From: Candidatus Melainabacteria bacterium
GTDB lineage: Bacteria > Cyanobacteriota > Vampirovibrionia > 2-02-FULL-35-15
NCBI GenBank assembly: GCA_016193285.1
Contig: JACPSL010000018.1
Span: 3,589-67,588, forward strand
Reading direction: 5' to 3'
Length of the DNA: 64,000 nucleotides
Shown: piece after piece, positions 28,969 through 37,621 of the stretch
Layout of the letters: each line of letters opens with the position of its first letter
Position numbering within the stretch: the first letter of the stretch is position 1
Program-made: the position numbers and the translations under genes
The notes under the pieces: model-generated
What the model was told of the DNA's origin: nothing
What the model saw: only the letters and a program-made list of their open reading frames with translations
Databases searched by the model: none

Positions 28969-29844
28969 ATGAATAAAGAGAGCTTAACAGCATTAGGAAT
29001 GGCAATATTAATTTCTCTTGTATTAATTTTTAGTGGTTCACTAATTAAAATTATTCCAGCAGGACATGCAGGTGTAGTGTTTAACTTATTTGGTGGAGTA
29101 GAAAAAAGAGTATTAAATGAAGGAGTTAATTTTGTTATTCCATTTGTTGAAGCAGTAACAACTTATGATGCAAGAAAGATCTCTTATACATTTTCTGACA
29201 ATCTCGAAAGAAGTTCAGTAGGACAAAGTATTAAATGCCAAACCAATGATGGACAACAAATTGACATTGACCTGACAGTAATTGCACACTTAGATAAAAA
29301 TAAAACATGGAAAATCCATCAGGATTTAGGAAGAGACTATGCTCAAAAACTTATAGTCCCTCAATCAAGAAGCATAATTAGAAATATAGTTGCTAAGTAT
29401 CCAATTGACACTGTTTATACATCTTCAAGAGCAGGCCTAGCTAAGGATGTAGAACATGCACTTAGAAAATCTTTTTTAAAAAGCGGACTTTACTTAGATG
29501 AATTATTAATCAGGGGGATTACTTTTTCACCTGCATTTGCAGAAGCAGTTGAAAGAAAACAAATTGCACTTCAGGAATCTCAAAGGCAAAATTGGATTAA
29601 AAAAACTGCTGAACGAGAGAAAGAAAGAAAAATTATTGAAGGCGAAGGTGATGCAAGAGCTTTATCAGTAAAAGGACAAGCACTTAGCTTGGATCCACGT
29701 ATTGCAGAACTTGAATTCTTAGAGCAAATTGAACAAAGAGAAACTGAGATTCCAATAATCACTGGAGCAATGAATGTAATATTATCTATTGGTGAACTAT
29801 TAAACGAACCTCTAAGAACATTGCCAAATAATACAAAAGAATAA
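28969..29844 (+). CDS. SPFH/prohibitin family protein (second paralog)
   Basis: IPAGHAGVVFN, LNEGVNF, LIRGITFSPAFAEAVERKQIA. Confidence 0.88.
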   Translation: MNKESLTALGMAILISLVLIFSGSLIKIIPAGHAGVVFNLFGGVEKRVLNEGVNFVIPFVEAVTTYDARKISYTFSDNLERSSVGQSIKCQTNDGQQIDIDLTVIAHLDKNKTWKIHQDLGRDYAQKLIVPQSRSIIRNIVAKYPIDTVYTSSRAGLAKDVEHALRKSFLKSGLYLDELLIRGITFSPAFAEAVERKQIALQESQRQNWIKKTAEREKERKIIEGEGDARALSVKGQALSLDPRIAELEFLEQIEQRETEIPIITGAMNVILSIGELLNEPLRTLPNNTKE

Positions 29845-30930
29845 ATGAAGAAAACTTTTTTACGAAATCCAAAAGGTTCAAGAGATTGGCTTCCAAATGA
29901 AGTAATTAAACAAGAGTTTGTAAGAAGATCTCTTGTTAAAGTATTTGAACTTTGGGGATACAGACCTATTCAAACTCCAATACTTATTAGCTGGGATACT
30001 TTAAGTCAAGGCAGTAGTAAACTTGCCGATGTTGCTTTTAAATTAATGGGTGAGCATGGAGAACTTTTAGCGTTAAGGGCTGATTTAACTACACCTATTG
30101 CTAGAGTTACTGCAGAAAGGATGCAGAAAGAAAAGTTACCATTTAGATTTTATTATGTTGGAAAAGTATTTAGATATCATGCAAGAAAAACAACAAACGA
30201 ACGCGAGCTTTATCAAGTTGGGATTGAGCTTATTGGCTCAAAAGAAGGAATTTCAGATTTAGAATGCTTACAAGTACTTTTAGATAGTTTAAGTAAACTT
30301 AAACTTAAAAAATATCTTGTCTTGTTTAATCACTCAACATTATGGGTTGAACTATTTAAATGTTTTGGAAATATTGCTCAAGAACTTTATAAAGCTTTGT
30401 CTAAAAAAGATTTAATCTTGTTTAATTTAATCCTTTCTAAATCCAAACTTTCAAACAAAGAAAAAGAATTTTGGAGTAGATTAATTCAAGTTAGAGGAAA
30501 TAAAGATGCAATTAAAGAAATCAAGCAATTAGCAAAGCTTGTCAAAAGATTAAAGATAAAAAAAATAATTTCTTATTTTGAAAAAATTTTAAACTTATTT
30601 GAAAATAATATTGAAATAGATTTAAGTTTAACTAGTGATGTTGATTATTATACGGGGATTTATTTTGAGGTTATTACTCCTTTTTTAGGAAGAAATATCG
30701 GTTCGGGTGGTAGATACGATGAGCTAATCAGCAAGTTTGGATTTAATACTCCTGCTATTGGTTTTTCTTTTTGTTTAGAAGATTTACTTTTAACTTTAGA
30801 AAATCAATCACATAAATTCCTAGACTTTAAGCCTCCTGAACTTATTGCAAAAGGAAGAAACATAAAAAATACTTTTAAAGCAATTAAAAAACTACACTCG
30901 AGAAACAAGAACGCAACAATAAAAATATGA
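29845..30930 (+). CDS. hisZ: ATP phosphoribosyltransferase regulatory subunit
   Basis: P.GSRDWLP, LALRADLTTPIAR, RELYQVGIELIG, YYTGIYFE, GGRYDEL; next to short hisG. Confidence 0.9.
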   Translation: MKKTFLRNPKGSRDWLPNEVIKQEFVRRSLVKVFELWGYRPIQTPILISWDTLSQGSSKLADVAFKLMGEHGELLALRADLTTPIARVTAERMQKEKLPFRFYYVGKVFRYHARKTTNERELYQVGIELIGSKEGISDLECLQVLLDSLSKLKLKKYLVLFNHSTLWVELFKCFGNIAQELYKALSKKDLILFNLILSKSKLSNKEKEFWSRLIQVRGNKDAIKEIKQLAKLVKRLKIKKIISYFEKILNLFENNIEIDLSLTSDVDYYTGIYFEVITPFLGRNIGSGGRYDELISKFGFNTPAIGFSFCLEDLLLTLENQSHKFLDFKPPELIAKGRNIKNTFKAIKKLHSRNKNATIKI

Positions 30931-31562
30931 AGAAAGACTCTAAAGAACTAACCATTGCAATTCCAAAAGGGTTTCTCCATGATGGAAGTTATAAATATCT
31001 TTCAAAACTCGGAATAAATTTTACAGATAAAAATTTTAAGGACACAAATAGAGAATTAGTATTTTTTGATAAACAAAATAATATTAAAGGACTTTTAGTA
31101 AGGCCTAATGATGTAAGTGTATATGTAGAACATGGAAGTGCAGATTTAGGAATAGTAGGTTTAGATTTGTTACAAGAACAAGTTCCTGATGTTATCAAGT
31201 TAAGAGACTTAAAATTTGGCAGGTGCAAACTTGTTCTTGCTGTCAAAAGAGACTCTCAAGTTAAAAGTGTAAAAGATTTGCCACCAAATTCTAAAATTGC
31301 TACTAAGTTTACAAAATTAGCAAATGATTTTATTAACAAATATGGTTTAAGTGCTGAAGTTATTAAGTTATATGGATCTGTAGAACTTGCACCAATAGTT
31401 GGTCTTAGCAATGCAATTATTGATTTAGTTGCTACTGGAAAAACACTTAAAGCAAATAATTTAATTTCAATAGAAACAATTTTAGAAAGCACTGCAACAT
31501 TAATTGCAAATCCTGTATCTTTTAAGATTAAGAAGTCAGAAATATTAAAGTTTGAAGCATAG
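30927..31562 (+). CDS. hisG: ATP phosphoribosyltransferase (short form)
   Basis: LTIAIPKG, VEHGSADLGIVGLD, ATKF, LYGSVELAPIVGL..AIIDLVATGKTL. Confidence 0.93.
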   Translation: MKKDSKELTIAIPKGFLHDGSYKYLSKLGINFTDKNFKDTNRELVFFDKQNNIKGLLVRPNDVSVYVEHGSADLGIVGLDLLQEQVPDVIKLRDLKFGRCKLVLAVKRDSQVKSVKDLPPNSKIATKFTKLANDFINKYGLSAEVIKLYGSVELAPIVGLSNAIIDLVATGKTLKANNLISIETILESTATLIANPVSFKIKKSEILKFEA

Positions 31563-31625
31563 CTAGACAATATGGATAGATTGTACTAGAATCATAGTAA
31601 GGATTAAAAAAAAGATAACACACTC

Positions 31626-32168
31626 ATGAATCAATGGATGATTCACATATGTGGTTTTCTTGAAAAAAAGCTCAAGCAGAGTATTTCTAAATCTGCGTAC
31701 ATTGATTCAAAAGCAGAAATACTTGGCAAAGTTTGTGTTGGAGAAAATACAAACATCGGGCAAAGCAAAATTATTGCTGAGGATTGTTGTTTAATTAACA
31801 TAGCAAAACACTCAGCAATAAGAAGTCAGGTATTAATAAGAGCAAGGCATCATATAATCCAGGCCAAGCGAGAAATCACTGACATATTTATTGGAAGTAA
31901 GGTTTACATCTCAAGTGAAGTAATGATTGAAGGGCCAGTAATTATATCTGATGGAACATTTATAGGAGGAAAATCAAAAATTATTAATTCAATAGTTGGA
32001 ACAAATTGTTTAATTGAAGATAACGTAACACTTCAAAATGTATATGTACCGCCAAATTCTGTAATTTATTCTAAATCCTTTATAGATTCAAAAGAAAAAT
32101 TAGATCAAGTTATTCAAGAAAGCAAAATTGAAAGTTGTTGTGAGTTTAGTTGTTTAGGAAATAAATAA
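31626..32168 (+). CDS. Left-handed beta-helix protein resembling gamma-carbonic anhydrase / CcmM N-terminal domain, Zn ligands apparently absent
   Basis: Hexapeptide repeats ISKSAYIDSKAEILGKVCVGEN...IEGPVIISDGTFIGGKS..INSIVG.NCLI. Confidence 0.65.
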   Translation: MNQWMIHICGFLEKKLKQSISKSAYIDSKAEILGKVCVGENTNIGQSKIIAEDCCLINIAKHSAIRSQVLIRARHHIIQAKREITDIFIGSKVYISSEVMIEGPVIISDGTFIGGKSKIINSIVGTNCLIEDNVTLQNVYVPPNSVIYSKSFIDSKEKLDQVIQESKIESCCEFSCLGNK

Positions 32169-33035
32169 ACTATTTCTCCATTCTTGAATAGATTTTAGAT
32201 TTTTTAAGGTTGCTAACTTAAGTGCTTTTTTTAATTCTTTAAAGTACCGAGGTAAAAGTTGTACAAGTTCATTAGAGTTTGAAGTAAGTAAACCTAAACT
32301 CATTTCAGGATTCCCCCCTGCAATTCTTGTTGTATCTCTAAAACCACTTGATGCAATAGTCATGGCTAACTTTTTTAATTTTTTATCATTTGTATTTTTA
32401 ACTAACTGGCAAAGTCCTATTGAAACAAGTAAAGGAAAATGGCTAATCAGTGCTACAGCCTTGTCATGTTTTTCTGGAGTAGTTATTATTGGCTTAGCAT
32501 GAATTCTTGTAATAATTTTTTTAATTCCTTTAATTAATTTCTTATTTTTATCAGTAGGAGTTAAAATCCATGTACAATTTTTAAAAAGATCTTTTTTAGA
32601 TGCACTAAATCCAGCGTGCTCGGTACCTGCCATTGGATGACCACCTATGAAGAAACGAGCTGGCGAAACGGCGAAACGACGAGACGGCAAAAAGTATTGT
32701 TTTGCAATCTTACATATTTTAACTTTTGTACTTCCTACATCAGTAACTATAACTTCTTTTTTTAATTTTAGAGCTGCGATTTTTTTTATATAATCAGGTA
32801 TAAATCTTAAAGGAGTTGCAATAAAAATTACATCTGCTTTTTTGAGTACCTTAGAATCTGGTTTTGTAGAGCCTATGTCAATTGCTTTTTCTTTTTTAGC
32901 AAGTTTTATTGTCTTAGGATTTCTTGTTATTCCAATTACTGTGTAACCTTTTCCTTTTAATGCTTTTGCAAGTGACCCACCAATTAAGCCAAGTCCAATT
33001 ATTGCTATGCATTTAGTTTTATTTTCTTTTAGCAT
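32154..33035 (-). CDS. tyrA: Prephenate/arogenate dehydrogenase
   Basis: IIGLGLIGGSLA, TDVGSTK, IGGHPMAGTE, HDKAVALISH, SSGFRDTTRIA. Confidence 0.92.
   Translation of the reverse strand: MLKENKTKCIAIIGLGLIGGSLAKALKGKGYTVIGITRNPKTIKLAKKEKAIDIGSTKPDSKVLKKADVIFIATPLRFIPDYIKKIAALKLKKEVIVTDVGSTKVKICKIAKQYFLPSRRFAVSPARFFIGGHPMAGTEHAGFSASKKDLFKNCTWILTPTDKNKKLIKGIKKIITRIHAKPIITTPEKHDKAVALISHFPLLVSIGLCQLVKNTNDKKLKKLAMTIASSGFRDTTRIAGGNPEMSLGLLTSNSNELVQLLPRYFKELKKALKLATLKNLKSIQEWRNSLFIS
32662..32693. repeat. Short 8-nt tandem repeat inside tyrA
   Basis: GGCGAAAC GGCGAAAC GACGAGAC GGCAAAAA, encoding LPSRRFAVSPA just before the GGHP motif. Confidence 0.6.
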
Positions 33036-33073
33036 AACTATTTATTATATCCAAATACGGTATACTTTTTTAT

Positions 33074-33838
33074 ATGCCAAAGCTTTGCATAAATATTGAT
33101 CATATAGCAACTGTTCGTGAAGCAAGAAAAACAATTGAACCTGATCCTGTTTTAAGTGCAAAGCTTGCAATTGAAGGTGGTGCAGATGGAATAACTATTC
33201 ATCTAAGAGAAGATAGAAGACATATAAAAGATCGGGATGTAATTCTACTAAGTCAATTTATTAATAGTCATCAGGGCAGGATAAATCCTGCCCCTACTGT
33301 ACTCTTTACGCTGGAGATGGCGGCCGCCGATGAAATGCTTGAAATATCTTCAAAGATAAAGCCTAATTTAGTAACTCTGGTTCCTGAGAAAAGACAAGAA
33401 CTTACAACTGAAGGTGGATTAAATGTTATTTCACAAAAAAAATATTTAAGTGATTACTTAGAAAAACTTCATAAGAATAACTTAGTAGTAAGCATTTTTA
33501 TAAATGCTGATAAAGAACAAATTAAATTAGCAAAAGACATAAGTGCTGATTTTGTAGAAATTCATACAGGCCCATATGCAGAAAACCCAAATGAAAAAGA
33601 ATTAAACCTTATAAAGGAAGCAATTTTGTTTGCTCAAAGCATTGGTCTTAAAACAAATGCAGGCCATGGTTTAAATTATGAAAACATAAAGCCTATTGCA
33701 AGGATAAATGGTATTGAACAACTTCATATTGGGCATTCAATTATAAGCAAAGCTGTAATGATTGGAATAAAAGAAGCTGTAAGAGAAATGAAAATTTTAA
33801 CTCAATTAGGCTTACCCCACGTTATAAATGCTACTTAA
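33074..33838 (+). CDS. pdxJ: Pyridoxine 5'-phosphate synthase
   Basis: NIDHIATVR, ITIHLREDRRHI, LEMAA, LVPEKRQELTTEGG, EIHTG, NAGHGL, HIGHSII. Confidence 0.95.
   Translation: MPKLCINIDHIATVREARKTIEPDPVLSAKLAIEGGADGITIHLREDRRHIKDRDVILLSQFINSHQGRINPAPTVLFTLEMAAADEMLEISSKIKPNLVTLVPEKRQELTTEGGLNVISQKKYLSDYLEKLHKNNLVVSIFINADKEQIKLAKDISADFVEIHTGPYAENPNEKELNLIKEAILFAQSIGLKTNAGHGLNYENIKPIARINGIEQLHIGHSIISKAVMIGIKEAVREMKILTQLGLPHVINAT
33270..33297. repeat. GTAG-type palindromic element inside pdxJ
   Basis: GGGCAGGAT-AA-ATCCTGCCC (33274-33293, 9-bp arms) followed by CTAC. Confidence 0.75.
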
Positions 33839-33876
33839 GCGGGTATAATACTTTTACGTTAAAAATTAAACAACTT

Positions 33877-33903
33877 AAAAAGAGCTTTATAGCTCTTTTT
33901 TTA
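33877..33903. terminator. Intrinsic terminator downstream of pdxJ
   Basis: AAAAAGAGCT-TTAT-AGCTCTTTTT hairpin followed by a T run. Confidence 0.7.
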
Positions 33904-34020
33904 TTTTGATTTAAGATTAAATTTTTTTAATGAAGAGGTTTTGTTAACCTTTACTTTATACAAGTTCTTTAGAGTCAATTTATAGGAAAAGGTTCTTAGA
34001 AAAACAAGAAGGGTGAAACA

Positions 34021-34344
34021 ATGAGTGACTTTACATTAGGACTTAGATTTATAAAAGAATATATTACAAATGGGTTTTCTTATGCTGATGCTGTAGTTAA
34101 TGCTAAGAAAAATCAAGATATGGTTGATGGTACAAAATTGCCAGATGCAAAATATGAAGCTGTACGTGCACAAATGAAAAAGGGTACCTTTGCAAGCAAA
34201 ACAGCTGAAACTGTTATTAAACCAGTTTATAAAGGTGCAGGTTCTAGTGATGAAGAAGTTAAGCAACACTCAGACAACTTTGGGAGAATTATTGATGGAC
34301 GTGCCTTCAAAGGGGATATAAACGAAGGTAGTAAGAAAAAGTAA
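34021..34344 (+). CDS. Hypothetical protein
   Basis: 107-aa ORF with upstream GAAGGG; no motif. Confidence 0.55.
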   Translation: MSDFTLGLRFIKEYITNGFSYADAVVNAKKNQDMVDGTKLPDAKYEAVRAQMKKGTFASKTAETVIKPVYKGAGSSDEEVKQHSDNFGRIIDGRAFKGDINEGSKKK

Positions 34345-34362
34345 TTTGCTATTATTTTCTTT

Positions 34363-35358
34363 GTGGCTGAAGATATTGAGATTAAACTAGGTCAACTTTT
34401 CTTTGTTGGTTTTTGTGGATATTCTTTATCAAAAGAAATAAAAGATTTTTTTAAAACAGTTCAACCAGGTGGAATAGTTTTTTTTGAACATAATGTTAAA
34501 AGCAAGAAGCAAGTTAGAAAGCTAATTAAGGATATAAATAAATTTTTTAAAATAAAACCATTTATTGCTGTTGACCAGGAAGGTGGTCGTATTGAAAGAC
34601 TTAAAAAGATTTGTACTTCAGTACCAAGCCTTTGGGAACTTAGCAAGCTTGGAGCAGATAAAGTTTTAGAAGCACAAAAAATAATTATTAATGAACTGCT
34701 TGAACTTGGTTTTAATATGAATTTTGCACCTGTTTTAGATATAAACTCAAATCCTAAAAATCTTGTTATAGGAAGAAGAGCAATAAGCAATGATCCTGAA
34801 ATTGTTACAAAAATTGGCTGTAAAATAATTGATTTGTATTTAAAGAGAAATATTATTCCTGTTATAAAACATTTTCCAGGGCATGGGGATACGGATGTTG
34901 ATTCACATTTAGCCCTTCCAATTTTAAATAAAAGTAAAAATCAATTAAACAATTTTGAACTTTTACCTTTTAAAAAAGCAATTAAAAACAATGCCCCAGT
35001 CATAATGGTTGGACATATTCAATTACCAAAAATTGAAAAGGATAAAAAAAGGCCAGCATCCTTGTCAAAAAATATTTTGCTGGATTTGCTTAGAGATGAA
35101 CTAAAATTTAAAGGATTAATTATTACTGATGAGTTAGGTATGAAAGCAGTTAGTAAGAACTACTCTTTAGAGGCTGCTGTTTATGAAGCAATTAATGTTG
35201 GTGCTAATATGCTTTTATTTAACCAGAAAGAAAATCGCATTACTCGATCATACAAGCACGTTAAAGAAAAATTAACAAGGGAGCTTTTAAACAAAGTTGA
35301 AGAATCATATAAAAGAATAATCACAATAAAAAACAAATTCCTCTTAACTTCCTCTTAA
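34363..35358 (+). CDS. nagZ: Beta-N-acetylhexosaminidase (GH3)
   Basis: AVDQEGGRIERL, NFAPVLD, KHFPGHGDTDVDSH, ITDELGM. Confidence 0.9.
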   Translation: MAEDIEIKLGQLFFVGFCGYSLSKEIKDFFKTVQPGGIVFFEHNVKSKKQVRKLIKDINKFFKIKPFIAVDQEGGRIERLKKICTSVPSLWELSKLGADKVLEAQKIIINELLELGFNMNFAPVLDINSNPKNLVIGRRAISNDPEIVTKIGCKIIDLYLKRNIIPVIKHFPGHGDTDVDSHLALPILNKSKNQLNNFELLPFKKAIKNNAPVIMVGHIQLPKIEKDKKRPASLSKNILLDLLRDELKFKGLIITDELGMKAVSKNYSLEAAVYEAINVGANMLLFNQKENRITRSYKHVKEKLTRELLNKVEESYKRIITIKNKFLLTSS

Positions 35359-35399
35359 TAGATCTCATGTAACTTACTCACTTAGCATAAAGGAGCATT

Positions 35400-35846
35400 A
35401 TGCCATTTAGATATCGTTTAGAAAAAGTACTAAAGATCAGAGAAGAAGAACTCGATGATGCAATCATTGCAATGAGAGAAGCAGAAGATCATCTAAGAGA
35501 AGTCTCTTATGAACTAAGTATAACTATTGAAAAACGAAATGAGATGCATGCTGAATTAATTAAAGAAGGATTAGCACATGCAAATCTTTATGTAATGAGG
35601 ATTAAGCAATTAAATGAAAAAATTGCTTCCTTAGAAAAAGAACTACAAGCTGCCCAGGATGCACTCTTCAAAGCAAGAGAAGAAGTAAAAGAAGCAAAAA
35701 TAAGGCTTGAAGCTTTAAAAAGACACAAAGAAAGAAAATATAAAGAATATACAAATGAAGAAAACAGAAAAGAAAGAATTATGCTTGATGAAATTGGGAT
35801 CTTAAAACATACCAGGGAACTTTTAGAAAGTAAAGAAGGAGAATAA
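35400..35846 (+). CDS. fliJ: FliJ-like flagellar export chaperone
   Basis: F.YRLEKVL.IRE start, coiled coil, E...LDEI ending; 148 aa; upstream of hook genes. Confidence 0.7.
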   Translation: MPFRYRLEKVLKIREEELDDAIIAMREAEDHLREVSYELSITIEKRNEMHAELIKEGLAHANLYVMRIKQLNEKIASLEKELQAAQDALFKAREEVKEAKIRLEALKRHKERKYKEYTNEENRKERIMLDEIGILKHTRELLESKEGE

Positions 35847-35852
35847 GATAAA

Positions 35853-36641
35853 GTGATACCTCAAGTAAACATTGATAATAATCTTGATACCTTTAAAATG
35901 GCTAACAACCTTTTAAAAAATCCTTCTAATGTAAGTTTTAGTAAGTTGCTAGAAGAAGCAAATGAAAAAAGGATACAAGAAGTATCTCCAAAATTAGAAG
36001 AAAAAGAAACAACTGCGGAAGAAGCTTTAGAAACAAAAAAGAAAAAATCAAAACAAAATTCAAATGAAGAATTACCCAACGTAAGTACAATTATTCAAAA
36101 CACAGACAACAAAACTTCAAGAGGGGTCCACTCAACATATGCACTTTTAAATAAATTTAAAGAAAACAAGCAACATTTTGAAGAAGAAATGTTTCAAAGC
36201 CCAAGACAACAAATACTAAACAATGCTCATAATGTTGCTGGTCAAGCACTTATCCAGCCAGTTTATGATCAAGGGCAAAGAAGACAATACTCTAAATCAG
36301 AATTACTTGCTCTGTGGGAAAAATTTATACCAATAGTTACTGAAGACATAACTAAAAAATCAATAAGAGTAGATATACCACTTTTAAATGATGTTCAAGC
36401 ACTTGTGCTTAGAATGCATCCAGACAGAAGTGTTACAGCATCCTTGCTTGGCTCAAAAGAAATGGGTGAACTAATTAAAAATAACAAGGATAAACTAAAC
36501 AACAATTTAAAACATCATCGTTTATCACTACGTGATTTTAATTTTTATGAGTCAGAAGTTTTGTTTAATAATGAGTCAGGTTCAAGGAAGAAAAAGAGAA
36601 AAGAAAAGCAGCTTAAAACACCTAATTTCAATTTAATTTAA
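35853..36641 (+). CDS. Putative hook-length control (FliK-like) protein
   Basis: Low-complexity N-terminus and compact C-terminal domain; position between fliJ-like and hook gene. Confidence 0.45.
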   Translation: MIPQVNIDNNLDTFKMANNLLKNPSNVSFSKLLEEANEKRIQEVSPKLEEKETTAEEALETKKKKSKQNSNEELPNVSTIIQNTDNKTSRGVHSTYALLNKFKENKQHFEEEMFQSPRQQILNNAHNVAGQALIQPVYDQGQRRQYSKSELLALWEKFIPIVTEDITKKSIRVDIPLLNDVQALVLRMHPDRSVTASLLGSKEMGELIKNNKDKLNNNLKHHRLSLRDFNFYESEVLFNNESGSRKKKRKEKQLKTPNFNLI

Positions 36642-36662
36642 GATAAAAAAAGTAAAGGAGAA

Positions 36663-37550
36663 ATGACCATGTACAACATATCAACACTAGCAGCAAATGC
36701 AGCACAATCAGCGTTAGAACAAATTGACTTTTTAACTTCTAACGTAATTAATGGTGAAACACCAGGCTATAACGGTAAGAGATTTACCTTTAGAGACTAT
36801 TTATTTGGTGGCACAATTGAAGATGCTGGTTATTCCTGGAGACAAGGCAAAGAAATGGTAAGAGTAGGTGAACCTACAAAGATGATGCTTAGAGGCAAGG
36901 GCTTTTTCACTATGTTAAATCCAGGAAATAATGAGATTGTGTACACAAGACTTGGTGATTTTCATTTTGATAGAAACGGTTACTTAGCTTCCAACGAAGG
37001 TTTTACATTACTTGGAACTCCTCTCCAATCAAATGTTCAGCCACATGGAAATTCTGGATATGCAAAGTTAGGACCAAGAGCTGAATTTGATATATTTGCA
37101 GATCCATTTAATAGTCCTGCAAAAAGAGAATATGCACAAGTTAGTTCAGGTGGAGCAATTGGAAAACCACAACCAATTAATCTAGCTGTTGATCCTACTA
37201 ATGGTTTATATCTTGGAAAATATGAAAAAATTAGAATTGATAAAAGTGGTGTAATTTGGGGGAAGTATGGTGACAGTGAAGTATCACTGTATAAAGTAAC
37301 ACTACGAAATTTCCAAAATTTAAATGGATTAAAAAACTTCCGTGATGTTTACTGGAAACAAACTTCTGAAAGTGGTCCTGCATTACCATCTAATGCACTT
37401 GTTTTTAATGAAGCATTAGAAAAATCCAATGTCTGGACTAAAGTAGAAATTGACTCCATTATTGAAGCACAAAGACAATACACTGCAGCAATTAATGCAC
37501 ATAAAGTTGCTGACAAATTGCTTCAACAAGCTGTTGAACTTGTTGGTTAA
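36663..37550 (+). CDS. Flagellar hook/basal-body rod protein (FlgE/FlgG family)
   Basis: SNVING.TPGY, G.GFF, YTRLGDFHFD.NGYL, LEKSNV...E....IEAQR.Y. Confidence 0.85.
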   Translation: MTMYNISTLAANAAQSALEQIDFLTSNVINGETPGYNGKRFTFRDYLFGGTIEDAGYSWRQGKEMVRVGEPTKMMLRGKGFFTMLNPGNNEIVYTRLGDFHFDRNGYLASNEGFTLLGTPLQSNVQPHGNSGYAKLGPRAEFDIFADPFNSPAKREYAQVSSGGAIGKPQPINLAVDPTNGLYLGKYEKIRIDKSGVIWGKYGDSEVSLYKVTLRNFQNLNGLKNFRDVYWKQTSESGPALPSNALVFNEALEKSNVWTKVEIDSIIEAQRQYTAAINAHKVADKLLQQAVELVG

Positions 37551-37587
37551 TCCCACCCATTACCCCTGTCAACCGACGAGTTCATAT

Positions 37588-37621
37588 AAAGGCCCCTCCA
37601 AAAAAGTGAGGGGCTTTTTTT
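37588..37621. terminator. Intrinsic terminator between the convergent hook gene and carA
   Basis: AGGCCCCTC-9 nt-GAGGGGCTT hairpin followed by a T run, with A run on the other side. Confidence 0.7.

Noticed and set aside
33319-33328. GGCGGCCGCC palindrome in pdxJ
   Set aside because: It is only 10 bp and is explained by Ala codons of the conserved EMAA motif.
35369-35380. GTAACTTACTCA as a lone MITE terminal repeat
   Set aside because: No partner end and no internal similarity to the two copies; likely chance.
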